The notes beneath the pieces are model-generated. The model was not told the DNA's origin. It made no database searches and saw only the letters and a list, made by a program, of their open reading frames with translations. A stretch of 64,000 nt of DNA from positions 4,278,001 to 4,342,000 of the forward strand of contig OZ361257.1 of the NCBI GenBank assembly GCA_977018835.1. Reading direction: 5' to 3'. The position numbers were made by a program, and so were the translations under genes. Below, piece after piece: positions 23,455-34,814 of this stretch. Position 1 is the first letter of the stretch. Each line of letters begins with the position of its first letter. This stretch comes from Minutocellus sp. GHC0000111. Taxonomy: Eukaryota.

Positions 23455-24241
23455 ATGAGGAGAAACAGCAAGATCTTACCGACAAGTACGAAAAAGAGCG
23501 ACGCTTCGACCCTCTACCTCGACTGGGCTGATGCCGCAGAATACGAGTATGCATCGAAGAATCGCCCCATCACCAGCAGCACAAGTGCAGATGCTCGGTC
23601 AGTCTGCAGTGCGCCAAAGAGCACCAAGAGTGCATCATCCTTCCTTTCACTCAATCTCCTCCAGGAGACGGCGGAGCATATTGCCAGCGCCACATCGAGT
23701 AGCCGGAGCCTCGGCTGCATGTTGAGGCGCAATGCATCAGACCGCAGTCGACAAGGAAATACCTCGGCTACAACCAGCAGCCGCAAGCTGAAGAAGGCTG
23801 GCAGCAGTGGCATGCTTCTCAGCGACCTCGCAAGTGAGATTAACTCTCTTTGCTCCGCCTCGCAGTTGCAGGACGTCAAAACGACCACAATCACGATGAT
23901 GGCAGTGGTGATGATGGCGACAAGAGCATCACCTTCGAAGATCTCAGAAACAGTAACGATATCGCTCCTGATCTAGAGGAAACACATCGTCTTCTTCCAG
24001 AAGTCTTCTCAACAAATTCGTCGATCGCGTCAAGACTGCCGCCTCTACCTCTACCAGTAATATTGGCTCCATGTCAGAATTTTCCGAAGGCCTTGCCGAG
24101 GAAGTTGCCCCCATTCAGCATCGATCGACCTATTTCAACAATAGGATATCCATCAGGGTTCGACGCGCCAGCGACCTTCTGTTCTCATCTCATCGTGGCA
24201 AAATCCAGGGTCTTGAGGATTTGCTCGAGGAGGAGGACTAG
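23455..24241 (+). CDS. Ser-rich RRxS family copy B (frameshifts at ~23880 and ~23980)
   Basis: STLYLDW, SSRSLGCMLRRNAS, DDGDKSITFEDL, NKFVDRVKTAAS, GLAEEV, HRSTYF, VRRASDLLFSSH; TAG at 24239..24241. Confidence 0.65.
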
Positions 24242-24582
24242 CTCGATATGTTTTGCATGTGATCAGTAAATTCATCAATACATGTAGATCGGGCAAGCAG
24301 TATATATGTGCTCAATTATACTCACACATAGAATCAAAAATAGGTCCCTGCATACATGTAAGAAATAAACCACCACAAAAAAAATGAATGCCTACTACGT
24401 AGCTAGATAACGTATCATGCGGCGATGGCATTCGTATGTGCTTTCCGATATCTGGATCGCCAAGATCTCCTAACTTTAGACACCCTTATCCGATACCCTT
24501 CTATCATGATACATTGCATGCAACGCAAATCATTGCAGTTGTGCATTTATATTACTGTACATGTAGGCTTTGTAAACTTCAT

Positions 24583-25569
24583 TTACCAGTCCTGCGAATT
24601 CTTCTCCTTCCCATCTACATGCGCGTGTATGCCGCAATCATCATCGTGAAGACGATTGCCAGTGCGATTGCACGTGCATATTGTATGCTCACGGTGGCTG
24701 CTGCTTGTACCCAAACTCTTTCCATCGTCAGCGCCCTGCTTATGGTGAGAAGAGTACAAGAAATCACTCGCCCGTCGGACTTTGATCGATGCTCGGTCTT
24801 TCAAGTAAGTCGAACGGCACTTATTCTGACCAACCTCCTCGGCAAGAAAGTCTGACATGGTAGACAGATTGCTCGAAGATGCTTCCTTGACGCGATCGAT
24901 GAACTTGTTGAAGATGCTCCTTGATGAACCACTGGCACCACCGGGGCTGTTCATGTCTTCGAGATTGATACTCTTGTCGTCGTCGCCATCGTCGTTGTCC
25001 CAGTTGGAGTTGGAAGTTAGTTCGCTCATGCGCTTGCCGCGTCGGCTCATGTTGGTGCTGGTGCTGATCTCCCCAGTGGATGCGTTTCGTCGCAAGAAAC
25101 CACTGATGCCACCCAAACTTCGATTGCTTGATGTACTCTGCTCGGTGTGTTCCATCTCTCGCTTGAGTCCGAGCGAAATGGACGAAGCTGTGCGGGATAG
25201 ACTTGGCTTCTTCTTTTTGTTGTTGGCTTGTACGAGTCGCCTGCTACTCTTGCTATTGGCAGTGGCGGTGCTAGCGGTGGTCACAGCGGTATCCATCGAA
25301 CTCTTTCTGTTGGTGGGCGCATGAGCAGCGAGGTGTTTTCTACTGGCCATGTTTGTAGCATCTCTGGCATTCGCGCTGGATTCTTCTTGCTCCGGCCATT
25401 CGACATACAGAGATCTACTGGAATCGCCACACGTCGTTTGTTCTTCACATACCTTGTCTTCGTTTGCATCTGCCCATTCAACGTACAGGGCGCTGCTGCT
25501 AGAATCGTCGAATCGTTTGATGCTATCGTTCCGACCTGGAATCGGGGCAGGTGCGTTGCCGCTGCTCAT
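24583..25569 (-). CDS. Ser-rich RRxS family copy C (intact, 328 aa)
   Basis: Two LYVEW motifs, RKSSMDT, SNRSLG...LRRNAS, GKRMSELT, DDKSINLED, VRRASDFLYSSHH. Confidence 0.75.
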   Translation of the reverse strand: MSSGNAPAPIPGRNDSIKRFDDSSSSALYVEWADANEDKVCEEQTTCGDSSRSLYVEWPEQEESSANARDATNMASRKHLAAHAPTNRKSSMDTAVTTASTATANSKSSRRLVQANNKKKKPSLSRTASSISLGLKREMEHTEQSTSSNRSLGGISGFLRRNASTGEISTSTNMSRRGKRMSELTSNSNWDNDDGDDDKSINLEDMNSPGGASGSSRSIFNKFIDRVKEASSSNLSTMSDFLAEEVGQNKCRSTYLKDRASIKVRRASDFLYSSHHKQGADDGKSLGTSSSHREHTICTCNRTGNRLHDDDCGIHAHVDGKEKNSQDW

Positions 25570-25846
25570 CGTGCGACGGACTGCTTGAGACTAGCTAGAA
25601 ACGTGTAATCAGATGGATTTAGCCTTGGCGTTGATGAGGTGGTAGGTAAGTAAAAAGTATGGTATTTTCTATTCCTAACTGATCTGGTCTCTGTGCAATC
25701 TTTCATTGCTGAGCCAATTAATCGTTGTGTTTGTGCATGATCACCGTTCTGTCCGACTGGCTGACTGACTGTGTGATGATTAGCGTTGTTCCCCCTGACT
25801 GACGTTGTGCCGGCCATGCTCTTCTGCTGCGCAAGCTCTTGCTGCA

Positions 25847-26690
25847 ATGGCAAAAATTGCAGAAGGCCGACGATTCTTCCAGCACTTTGTACGTCGAATG
25901 GTCCAACAAAGTCGATGCCACTTCGCCGAAGCAAGAGCAAGCGCCAAGGAGAAAATACGTCAACAGAAAGAGTTCGATGGACACCACCGTCAGTGAAATC
26001 AGTGCTCTATCTTTGGGTAGTGCAAAAGGCGGTGACGCCATGAAAGCCATATCGAAAAAGAAACCTGCTCTCTCACCTGGTACCCCCTCCCTCATGTCGC
26101 TGGCAGCATTGGGTCTCCAACAAGAAAAGGAGCACACCGAGCAGCAAAGCACGTCGAGCAATCGCAGCCTCGGTTTCTTGCGACGCAACGTATCCACGGG
26201 GGAAATGAGCGCCGCCAGCAGTGCTAATACGAGCCGGCGTGGCTCAATCGCAAGCCGTCGTGGCAAACGTATGAGCGAACTTACCAATAACTCCAATTGG
26301 GACGACGACGACGACGACAAGAGCATCGACCTCGAAGATGTGACCAACCCCAGCGCCGGTGCGTCTGGTTCCTCGAGGAGTCTTTTTTCCGTCGGAGGAA
26401 ACGCTTCGGGTGGTTCGTCACGAAGCGTCTTTAGCAACTTATTTGATCGCTTTAAGCATACCTCGTCCAGCAATCTGTCTGCATTTTCCGATGGCCTTGC
26501 TGAAGAGGCGGGCCTCAAGAAGCATCGCTCAGCATACTTCAAGGAGAGGGTGTCGGTCCGAGTCCTTCGAGCGAGTGATTTTTTGTTCTCCTCCCACCAC
26601 AAACCAACCATTGACGACGTGAGCGAGGATGGTCGACTGGACGACGTGAGCGAGGAGGGAAGCCACGATGATGTTCTAGATGGATTGTAG
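25847..26690 (+). CDS. Ser-rich RRxS family copy D (start ATG 25847 requires removing one A from the A5 run)
   Basis: Close paralog of copy C in divergent orientation: LYVEW, RKSSMDT, GKRMSELTNNSNWD, VLRASDFLFSSHH. Confidence 0.72.
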
Positions 26691-27095
26691 GGAGTTGAAT
26701 CTGGATGCATTCTCAATTTTGGCTTTATATTGCACATGCACATGCATCTAGAGAATTGTAATACATGTATGCAGAGACTGCCACATGCATTTACATGCAC
26801 CACGTGACATTTATAAATCTCATAACACAGCAGTGTCTTACATCACCACGGATTTTGGCGACATTTCATTAGAATCTATGTGTGACCTAGATTCAATATT
26901 TATCAGTCTATGTCTAGAATCTATCCGGCAGCAGCAGGGCAACAACATCGATCGACCGGCATTATTTGGCGCCTGGCGCTCGGCAAGTGCATGTGTAGGG
27001 CCCTATCTAATTGTGCTGCAAGATAGCGGCACAAGGCACACGCTAGCACCTTACCATGCAGCATGCAGTCCATTCTCACCTAGAAGCAATCGCTA

Positions 27096-27632
27096 CAGTC
27101 CGTCCCCGATGATAAGCATATTTGACATGCTTGTTTGGGACCTCGAATTTTAGCTGCTGATAAGCATAAGCAGACCTCAGCTTTAGCGTCATGCTTATTT
27201 TTCTCTCATGGCAGGCCCTCAGACGTAACAGTCAGGCCCTCCTCAGTTGTCTTTTTCTTTGAATGGGGCTGGAACGCGGTGTCGTTCATTCCAGGACTTT
27301 GGCGGGGATGCTCTATCTTTCCAAGGAGAACTTTGAGAAGCTTCATTATGGTGAGGAAGAGGCTCCACTGGAGGCCGGGTTGAAGGCTTGGTGTGTAGTC
27401 AAGCTGGAATAAGGCTGGTCTTGCGGTCTGGAGAGGTTTCACATTGTTTGCGCGAGTAATCCGGGTAGATCTAATGCTGCTTCCTCTCCTTACACCTTAT
27501 TTTTGCTACTTGGTATTGCCACGTCATCATCAAATAAGCACATGCTTAGGTGAGACCTCAGATTTCGCCTTTACATAAGCATTTTGAGACCTCAGCCCCA
27601 GAATGGACATGCTTGTCATCGGGGACAGACTG
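27096..27632. mobile_element. MITE / non-autonomous Tc1-mariner-type element (537 bp)
   Basis: 24-bp TIRs CAGTCCGTCCCCGATGATAAGCAT / rc CAGTCTGTCCCCGATGACAAGCAT (22/24). TA on the left, TG (degenerate TA) on the right. Internal ATAAGCAT and GACCTCAG repeats. Confidence 0.78.
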
Positions 27633-28760
27633 TGCATGTAATTGCTTACACACGTAGGTGAGGGCTGAGATTCTGAGCATGTTGCTTATTCTACATGTGA
27701 GAGCAAAATTGGCACCTCACTTGCATGTTGTGCCTTATTCCAAAAATAAGCAATTTGAGGGCTGGCGGGGGCTGGCTCTCAGCAGAAATTGCTGTGCACT
27801 GCATGTGTGGTGCCCATGTTCCCTGCTCGAATGACGGGCTGAGAATCTGTTTCCGTCAGAGCATCTGCCAGTCTCAAGGTGAAACTTAGCTTCCTCCGCT
27901 ACCCGAGCCGCTTCTTCTTTAAGATCCATGTAAGAAAAAAGCGAAGTCTCGATTGCTTGTGAAGAGAAAATCCTCAGGCTGTGGCGCACCAGCACAGCCA
28001 TGTAGGTGGAGAGCAACAACAGAGTGGGCTCCCACTTTGACTTCAGTCTCGAAGGCAGGCGAGAGTTGCACACACAGCATTGCCCCTGGCTGCAGCCATG
28101 AGTGTGCACAGACCTTGAGTAGATCCTGGAATTCGTCCTTGGCCTCACCGCACGCACCAACATGCATGTGTGCAGGTGAGAACAACAACAACAGACTGTA
28201 GATCTAGATGTCTACCAATGGAGAGAGAGCCTGAACACAAAAAACAAATAAATGTGTTACAGATAGCGTGAGGCGTGGTGGTTGCTACACACCGGTACCT
28301 AGCTAGAGCTAGCTAGTCACGCTAGTTAGATCAAGATCCTACTGACACAGCACTACATGCACTTTGTACTTGCTGCTGCTGCTAAGCGCACGCCGGCAGC
28401 GAACACGCACCACTACCAGTGCTGGCTGCTGTCATGACTGGTTTACCTTCTGAATGACGAAACTGGACATTGGGCCATTGTGGAGCGGTCATTGTGTGAG
28501 ATCGGGCTGATGTAATCGTGATCCGCATGCGTTTATGATCTCGCTCGAAGCAACGACACAAAAGAACACAGCCGAAAGCTCACTCGATCGCATCTCGCAT
28601 GACTGCTCGATGCATGCAGCGTTTGACTCTTTTTCCCACCTCGAACTGCACAATTGAATGCCGTGAAGTGAACATAAACGAACATCACATTTCGTCGAGA
28701 TTATATCACTAATAGCAATCACAAGTAATATTCCAACTCAGAATATCAGAACATCCCACG

Positions 28761-29765
28761 ATGAACAGCAAAAGTAGCGCCCCCAAACTCTCTTCTTCTT
28801 CTCCGCTCGCTTCGTATCGAAGCAAATACATGAGGTCTGAATCCACATCTACCGGAAGCTTCGGTAGTAACAACACCTGTAGTCCCTCCAGCCGTATCAG
28901 TTCCCACAAGCTCTCTTCTCGGACGGTTCGTCGAAAAAATACGACTGGCCAAGAGAGGTCATCCTCGTCGAGCACAAGGTCGAAACCTTCTACCAAAATC
29001 AGACCCGAGGGACGTCTTCGAAGCTCTTCTTCCACTTCGTCCATGAGCTCGCTGCATTCCACTTCTTTGCGCTCGGTTGTATCTAGTACAAGCAGCGCAT
29101 CTCCTCTCGAATCTCTTCGACTTCGTCAGCACAGAGAGCACATCGAAACATCCAGCCGCATCGATGATATGCGTCGCCGGCTCGAGAAAAAGCCCAGGTC
29201 CAAGGCCCTGAAGAGTCTATCAGATCGCACTAGAAACAGCAAACCTAAGTCATCTGCGTCTACATCGATGTACGAGATGCGGCCAGCCCACCCAAAAGAT
29301 GAGGTCCGTCTCAGTGAGTTCACAAACATTACCACTTCGCTATCCGACGACGAAGAAGATGTGAACGATGGCGACGTCACTAGGATATTGGAACGCAAGA
29401 CAGATCCTAGCACGAAAAGGAAACCGTCAGCAGCTCGCGGCGCCGAAGACGACGTATTTGGCACTATATTGAGCAAGATTGTGGATCATGTCAAGACTGC
29501 AGCATCGTCGTCGTCGTCATCATCTGGTCGCAATTTGTCCTCGAAATCGGACTCTTCCAACAATCTTCGATTTGATGATACCACTGAACACCGATCGAAC
29601 TACTCCAAGAGGAGATTGTCGATCCAGGTTCGACGTGCGAGTGACTTTCTGTTCTCATCTCATCATCGTGAAGACGATCAAGATGAAGAAGAGGAGCACC
29701 ACCACCAGTGGGAGGACAAGGTCGAGGACACCGGCGTCGACGATGCGAATGATTGGGAGTTGTAG
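28761..29765 (+). CDS. Ser-rich RRxS family copy E (divergent, 334 aa)
   Basis: HREHIE, RLSEFT...SDDEED, SKIVDHVKTAASSS, HRSNYSKRRLSIQVRRASDFLFSSHH. Confidence 0.72.
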   Translation: MNSKSSAPKLSSSSPLASYRSKYMRSESTSTGSFGSNNTCSPSSRISSHKLSSRTVRRKNTTGQERSSSSSTRSKPSTKIRPEGRLRSSSSTSSMSSLHSTSLRSVVSSTSSASPLESLRLRQHREHIETSSRIDDMRRRLEKKPRSKALKSLSDRTRNSKPKSSASTSMYEMRPAHPKDEVRLSEFTNITTSLSDDEEDVNDGDVTRILERKTDPSTKRKPSAARGAEDDVFGTILSKIVDHVKTAASSSSSSSGRNLSSKSDSSNNLRFDDTTEHRSNYSKRRLSIQVRRASDFLFSSHHREDDQDEEEEHHHQWEDKVEDTGVDDANDWEL

Positions 29766-30039
29766 CGTAGCTTTACGTGTATTCTCAAATATTAGTTTAG
29801 ACAGGGAAAGTGAGCTTTATTAAATATACGTGGATCTACGGTATCTTGTTGAGACATACGAGGTCAGATTCGCGAGAAATCGAGCGCCCGGTTTTTGACT
29901 GCTTTCGAGGGGATTGAAAAGCGCCTCGAAGAATAGTCATGCTGAAATATTTCAGAAAATGGCTATTTTTACTCTAATTTTGATTTATCTTCATGTGAAA
30001 CAATAATTCGGATAAGACTTTAGATTTCAGCGGCTCTAA

Positions 30040-30489
30040 TCAAATGGACGCGTTCGTGCGACGCGACGGTTCGGCCTCCATCTCGTCTTCATCTTGAACG
30101 ATGGCATGATACTCGCCTCGGATCGGCAGTACGATGCATTCGTCCCGGATCTCGCACCACAGCCAATCCGGGATGAGCTTGAGCTTCTTTAGCTCCCGCT
30201 TCACGCCGTTGAACTTGTAGATGAAGGTAACTGAGGAGTGGAACATCTCCGCGGCCTTGTCGTACACCGATTCAGTTATTGCCACGACATCATCCATGTC
30301 GAGGGGCATGTTCTCGGCCCTTATCGCCCGGCAGACGAGTCGACTGACGACATTGAGGAGCATGTGCTTCTCAAAATCCTCGGGCCCCTCAATCTTGAGA
30401 GTTTTCTCCTGGTCAATGATGATGGCCAAGACAGCGGTGAGTATGTGTTCAATCCATTTGTGTCTCGGGCGGAAGTCGAAGCTGAGCAT
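30040..30489 (-). CDS. Antisense ORF inside the transposon 5' region (hypothetical)
   Basis: 149 aa ORF, open from ~30550, with protein-like composition. Present in copy 2 but frameshifted near 53338. Confidence 0.35.
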   Translation of the reverse strand: MLSFDFRPRHKWIEHILTAVLAIIIDQEKTLKIEGPEDFEKHMLLNVVSRLVCRAIRAENMPLDMDDVVAITESVYDKAAEMFHSSVTFIYKFNGVKRELKKLKLIPDWLWCEIRDECIVLPIRGEYHAIVQDEDEMEAEPSRRTNASI

Positions 30490-31959
30490 TTCGATGACGC
30501 GATCGGCATACTTGGACCGGTATACTGCTTCCCAACGAGTGCCGATGATTCATCTGATTCGGCCGCCTTCCGTTCTGTCATCGACGATCTTGCAACGGCG
30601 ACCCGGCGGTATACTGCACCATGTCTCTTTGCAATTGCCAAGTGCAGGGAGCAGGCAAAGGTGGACTATTCGGTGCTGTCCAGCGCAGAGCATGGTGCAC
30701 GATTTTCGGGATGGATGAAGGCGTATGGTGCTCTACCTGCATCTGAGAAGGCGATGTGGGAGATGAAGAGGAGATCTCATCTGGCTATGCAGCCATACAT
30801 TCGAGATGTTATTGTTGATGCTCTGATACGAAATCCTCGGGAATCTTGGCGGGAGCTGGAGGTTGATGTCAACTTTTGGTGTTCCTACTCGGCAATACGG
30901 CGGTGGATAATGTCGCGGGAAGGGTTCCGGTACTATGCCGAAAGGATCATCCCTCTCCTTACTACACATCAGATGGAGAAACAATTGGCATTTGCGCGGA
31001 AATTCCGAAACAATTGGGGGCTCGGCGGTGGCAAGTTTCTCCTTGTTATGTTCGATGAGAAGTGGTTTTGGGGCTTGGTTCTTCGATCGTATGCCAAGCA
31101 AGTTGCAGAATTGGGTATTGATCCTCGGTCCTTCTCGGCATGTCACCGAAATCACATCAACAAGTGCATGGTGGTGGCTGTCACTGCCTTGGCTTTTATT
31201 GACAGCATTGAGAATGGCGGCATTGCGTTCAAGCTTGGACTTTTTCGGGCTCAGGCGCATAAAATTGCGAGGCAGATGGTAAGGGAGGCGGTGCGGCAGG
31301 CAGATGGTAGAATCAAATATTGCGGCCCGGTGGTTCGGAAGAAAGACGATCTGTGCCTTGTGGATTGCGCGGTGACTGGATGCAGCCATGGCACCCTTGA
31401 TAATCCCAAGTTCCCACTGAAAGCTTTGTTTGAGAACAAGATATTTCCGGATGTTGAGGCTTTTGTCGGACCTGGCGGAAAGTTTGAAGGCTATGTCCCT
31501 ATTTTCCAGGGCGACAATGCTGGGCCCCATGCCGAGACTGAATTTGTGGAATATGTGGAAGGATACTGTCGGGACAAGGGATGGCGTTGGGAACCTCAGG
31601 CCCCGCAAATGCCCCATATGAATGTTCTTGATCTGTCTGTTTCCCCTTGCATGTCAAAGCAGCATACAATGTTGTGCCGCGATCGGGAGGGGCTTAAGGT
31701 TTTGACAGAGGATCAGACTTGGAATGCAGCGGAGGAAGTTTGGATGGGGCTGGAAAACTGGAAGATCGCATCGGCATGCATCCAGGCTCATAGAATTGCA
31801 AAGAAGGTAATCGTTGCAAAAGGCAACAATGATTTTCTTGGAAACGGTGAAGGCATTCATGTTGGGGTGCGAAAGGATTTCAGGCCGACTGAAAATGGCA
31901 TGGTTCGGATAGATGGGAAAATTATCGCTCCTCCTGCTGATCCAACCATGGATAATTAG
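30238..31959 (+). CDS. Mariner-type transposase (true start uncertain)
   Basis: FDEKWF, QGDNAGPH, QAPQMPHMNVLDL; 38 residues between the second and third Asp. Confidence 0.88.
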   Translation: MEHLRGLVVHRFSYCHDIIHVEGHVLGPYRPADESTDDIEEHVLLKILGPLNLESFLLVNDDGQDSGEYVFNPFVSRAEVEAEHFDDAIGILGPVYCFPTSADDSSDSAAFRSVIDDLATATRRYTAPCLFAIAKCREQAKVDYSVLSSAEHGARFSGWMKAYGALPASEKAMWEMKRRSHLAMQPYIRDVIVDALIRNPRESWRELEVDVNFWCSYSAIRRWIMSREGFRYYAERIIPLLTTHQMEKQLAFARKFRNNWGLGGGKFLLVMFDEKWFWGLVLRSYAKQVAELGIDPRSFSACHRNHINKCMVVAVTALAFIDSIENGGIAFKLGLFRAQAHKIARQMVREAVRQADGRIKYCGPVVRKKDDLCLVDCAVTGCSHGTLDNPKFPLKALFENKIFPDVEAFVGPGGKFEGYVPIFQGDNAGPHAETEFVEYVEGYCRDKGWRWEPQAPQMPHMNVLDLSVSPCMSKQHTMLCRDREGLKVLTEDQTWNAAEEVWMGLENWKIASACIQAHRIAKKVIVAKGNNDFLGNGEGIHVGVRKDFRPTENGMVRIDGKIIAPPADPTMDN

Positions 31960-32583
31960 TCCTGCGGTGCTTTTAAGTTATGTTGTGTGTAATAATACTA
32001 GATTGGATTGTAGATCTGGATACTAGCTGCTGCAATACCTAGGTACATGTACTTTGCATTGTACATGTATTCAATGCCGGTAGATCTTAGATTCAGGCGG
32101 TTGCGGGCCCAAAAAGTCGCTGTTTTGGTCCCGACCCTGCGCTCGATTTCTCGCGAAACGGACTTCGTATATATGTAAGGTACAAGCCAGTTTTTTTCGC
32201 CTGCGCAGCCATGGCGCATCCTTTTTACCAAAGACCCGCAAATTGGTTCCGACGGGTTCGCATCGGCCCATTTTTGAGGCCCATACCCATCCATCAAGCA
32301 CGCGCCGCTATAGCCGCGCCCATGTGACAGCCGCCAACCTCACACACAAATCAACAACACGATCGATAAAGAACCCCAGTTATTTTACTGCCGACAATTG
32401 AGCATATAGCCAATGTATCCCAAGAAAAGACCCGGGCTGGTTGCGCAGAACACAGACAACGAGCATAGCACGACACGTGCCGAAAAAGAAGCAATTGTAG
32501 CCGAGAATCATCAAATCTCAGGGCGGAATAGAACGACCAAGACATCGTTTTCATCGTTCACAGGCAACACATCTGACGAGGCC

Positions 32584-34730
32584 ATGGATGCACCCAATCA
32601 ATTCGAAGGTCTACCGTCGCATCAGTACTGCATGAACCTCCGGAGTTGAGATGCGCCGGCTGGCACCGCTCGGGTGTCATATGCGGAAGATCTTCGCCGA
32701 TCAGGTGTCGAAGAGGACGATGACGACGAAGACGAGTACGACTACGAAGATGAAGAAACCAAGCCTACCGCCGCAAGGCACAAACGCAGACACACCGCCA
32801 GTCATACCAACCATGATCCTCACGCCTACAACGGCCACCGATTTGGTCGTCGGGGCGATCCTCGCATGACCCGCTCTCTGCAGATCAAGCTGGACAATCC
32901 TGACATGGACTGCACGCTCGCCCTTATCCAAGGTGGATATCAGTACGACCTCGGAGCCAGCGACAAGACTCTTGACGAAGATGGAATTACATTGGGACAG
33001 AGACGAAATCAGCTGGCGAGAAGGGTGCGGAATGAGCGAAGAAAGACAGGGGGAGTTCAATCGCCACGAGGCAAAAAACGTCCTGCCGGCAGTCGGAAGA
33101 AGGCGCAAAATCGAAAGAAGCCCAAGGCAGTTCAAGCAGCTAATAGATCGGTGTCTAGGCCCATTTCCCCATCACCACCAGCCTCAGATCTTCCCACCCC
33201 TCCCCTGCCCCCAATGAGCCTCAACTACGAAGCCGACGATCCATATGAGTTTGAACGGATGGAAAGTGAGGGAGACGAGATAGACTACATGTACCCGCCC
33301 CTCCCCGCCCTGCCGAGTGGTGATGTGGAAGTTCCGCTTCAGCAGCCAATCGACCGCATCCGAAAGGAAGAGCTGCAGCAAGTGAACTCGCCCTACATCT
33401 CTGACATAAGTGACATTGGGGAAGATATCAGTAGGCCTAGAGGTTATGGGAATACTGCTGGTATTGCATCAGCAGCTGCCGCTGCTCCGCCCTTTCCAAC
33501 GTATCAAGGAGCTCCACTCATCCCTTCTCTTCCAGCAACGCCATCAATCAGTTTTGCGCCAAAACCAAAAGACGATACCGAATCTGTCGTTGGTGAAAAT
33601 CTCCTCGAGGAAGACATGCTGGGCCTCACCGAAGAAGAGAAGCAGCAGGCGCATGACGATGTGCACGGATATCGAGAGTTGGACTCGTCTCTTATGCAAA
33701 CTGTCATGAATAAGTTTCTTCGCATCAGCAAAGATGATGTCGAGACTTCTGTTCGTGAGAACAAAGCCATTGGAAAGTCCGTCGAAAACCTCATGTCGCC
33801 GGCCGTGCAAGATTTGATCAGACAAATGAAGATAGAGATTGAGACGAGACCACCAGCGGATAAGGATGTCATGCTCAAAGCTTTTGTGAGGATCAGTCCC
33901 GCCCTGCGTCAGGTAGAGTTTGGGGATGAACGGCTGGAACTCTTCCTGCGCCGGGAACACATGGATCCTAGATCGGCGGCGGTAAGGTTTGTCAAGTATT
34001 GGAACAAAAGGAAAGAAACCTTTGGACCAGAAAAATACTTCTTGCCGCTGGACATCGAAGGAGCACTCAAAGATGACCGCGTCGCTTTGGAAGTCGGCCA
34101 CTGGATCATCCTACCCAAACCTGATAATCATGGTCGCACTATTATGCTATGGCTCAAAAGAGGGCCTTATGATTTTGATTCAATGGTAAGTGATCAGGCA
34201 TCGTTGTTGGAAAGACGAAACCAAGGTTAAATGTGATAAGTTGAGCTCACTTGATAAAATTCATTCTCCCATCTTCTCTTCACCTGTCACAGTCACGAGC
34301 ACTCTTCTATATCGCTGAACAGGCCATCCTCCTCCCATCATCTCGTAAGGGCATCGTGTGGCTAAGTGCAGATCTCAACACAACGATATGGAAGTATGAT
34401 CGACGTCTTGACCAATTTGTCATCGACCTCGAAGAAGAGTATCTCCCTATGGAGGTCACTGCAGTCCATGTATGCTCTGTGCAGGGGTATCTGTGGCGAC
34501 TTTTGAAGCCCGTCGTTCTTGCATGTTTCAGCCGCCGAACAAGGGAGCGCCTCCGACTTCATCTATCAAGCGATGGTGACATTGCCGATATCCTTCACGG
34601 CTATGGCATTGAGCGTTCTGCTTTGCCGTCAATCATGGGCGGAGAGATAGATGCGGACGAAGTCTACAATCGATGGCTGGCGGAGCGCGGTCTGACCGAG
34701 TGGCATATTTACTCTTGTGCCAATGAATAA
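32584..34730 (+). CDS. CRAL-TRIO (Sec14-like) domain protein with N-terminal basic helical domain (intron 34186..34292; in-frame TGA 32647..32649)
   Basis: LELFLRREHMDPRSAAVRFVKYWNKRKETFG, PDNHGRTI, LPMEVTAVHVC, RLRLH, GIERSALPSIMGG. GTAAGT...TCACAG intron. Confidence 0.8.
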
Positions 34731-34814
34731 GATCGAATGTAAGAATCCTTTGTACAAACTAGCTAGAGTAAGAGATAAAATCAAAAACTACATTTCACTA
34801 CTTGTTAAATTTAT

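Larger units (their letters stand above)
29859..32167 (+). mobile_element. Tc1/mariner DNA transposon copy 1 (2309 bp), DD38D, plant-mariner (DD39D)-like
   Basis: 29-bp TIRs CGAGGTCAGATTCGCGAGAAATCGAGCGC / rc CGAAGTCCGTTTCGCGAGAAATCGAGCGC (26/29), TA on both sides, transposase inside. Confidence 0.93.

Noticed and set aside
27735..28191. CpG-poor, coding-like minus-strand remnant
   Set aside because: Stops and frame changes, with no identifiable domain.
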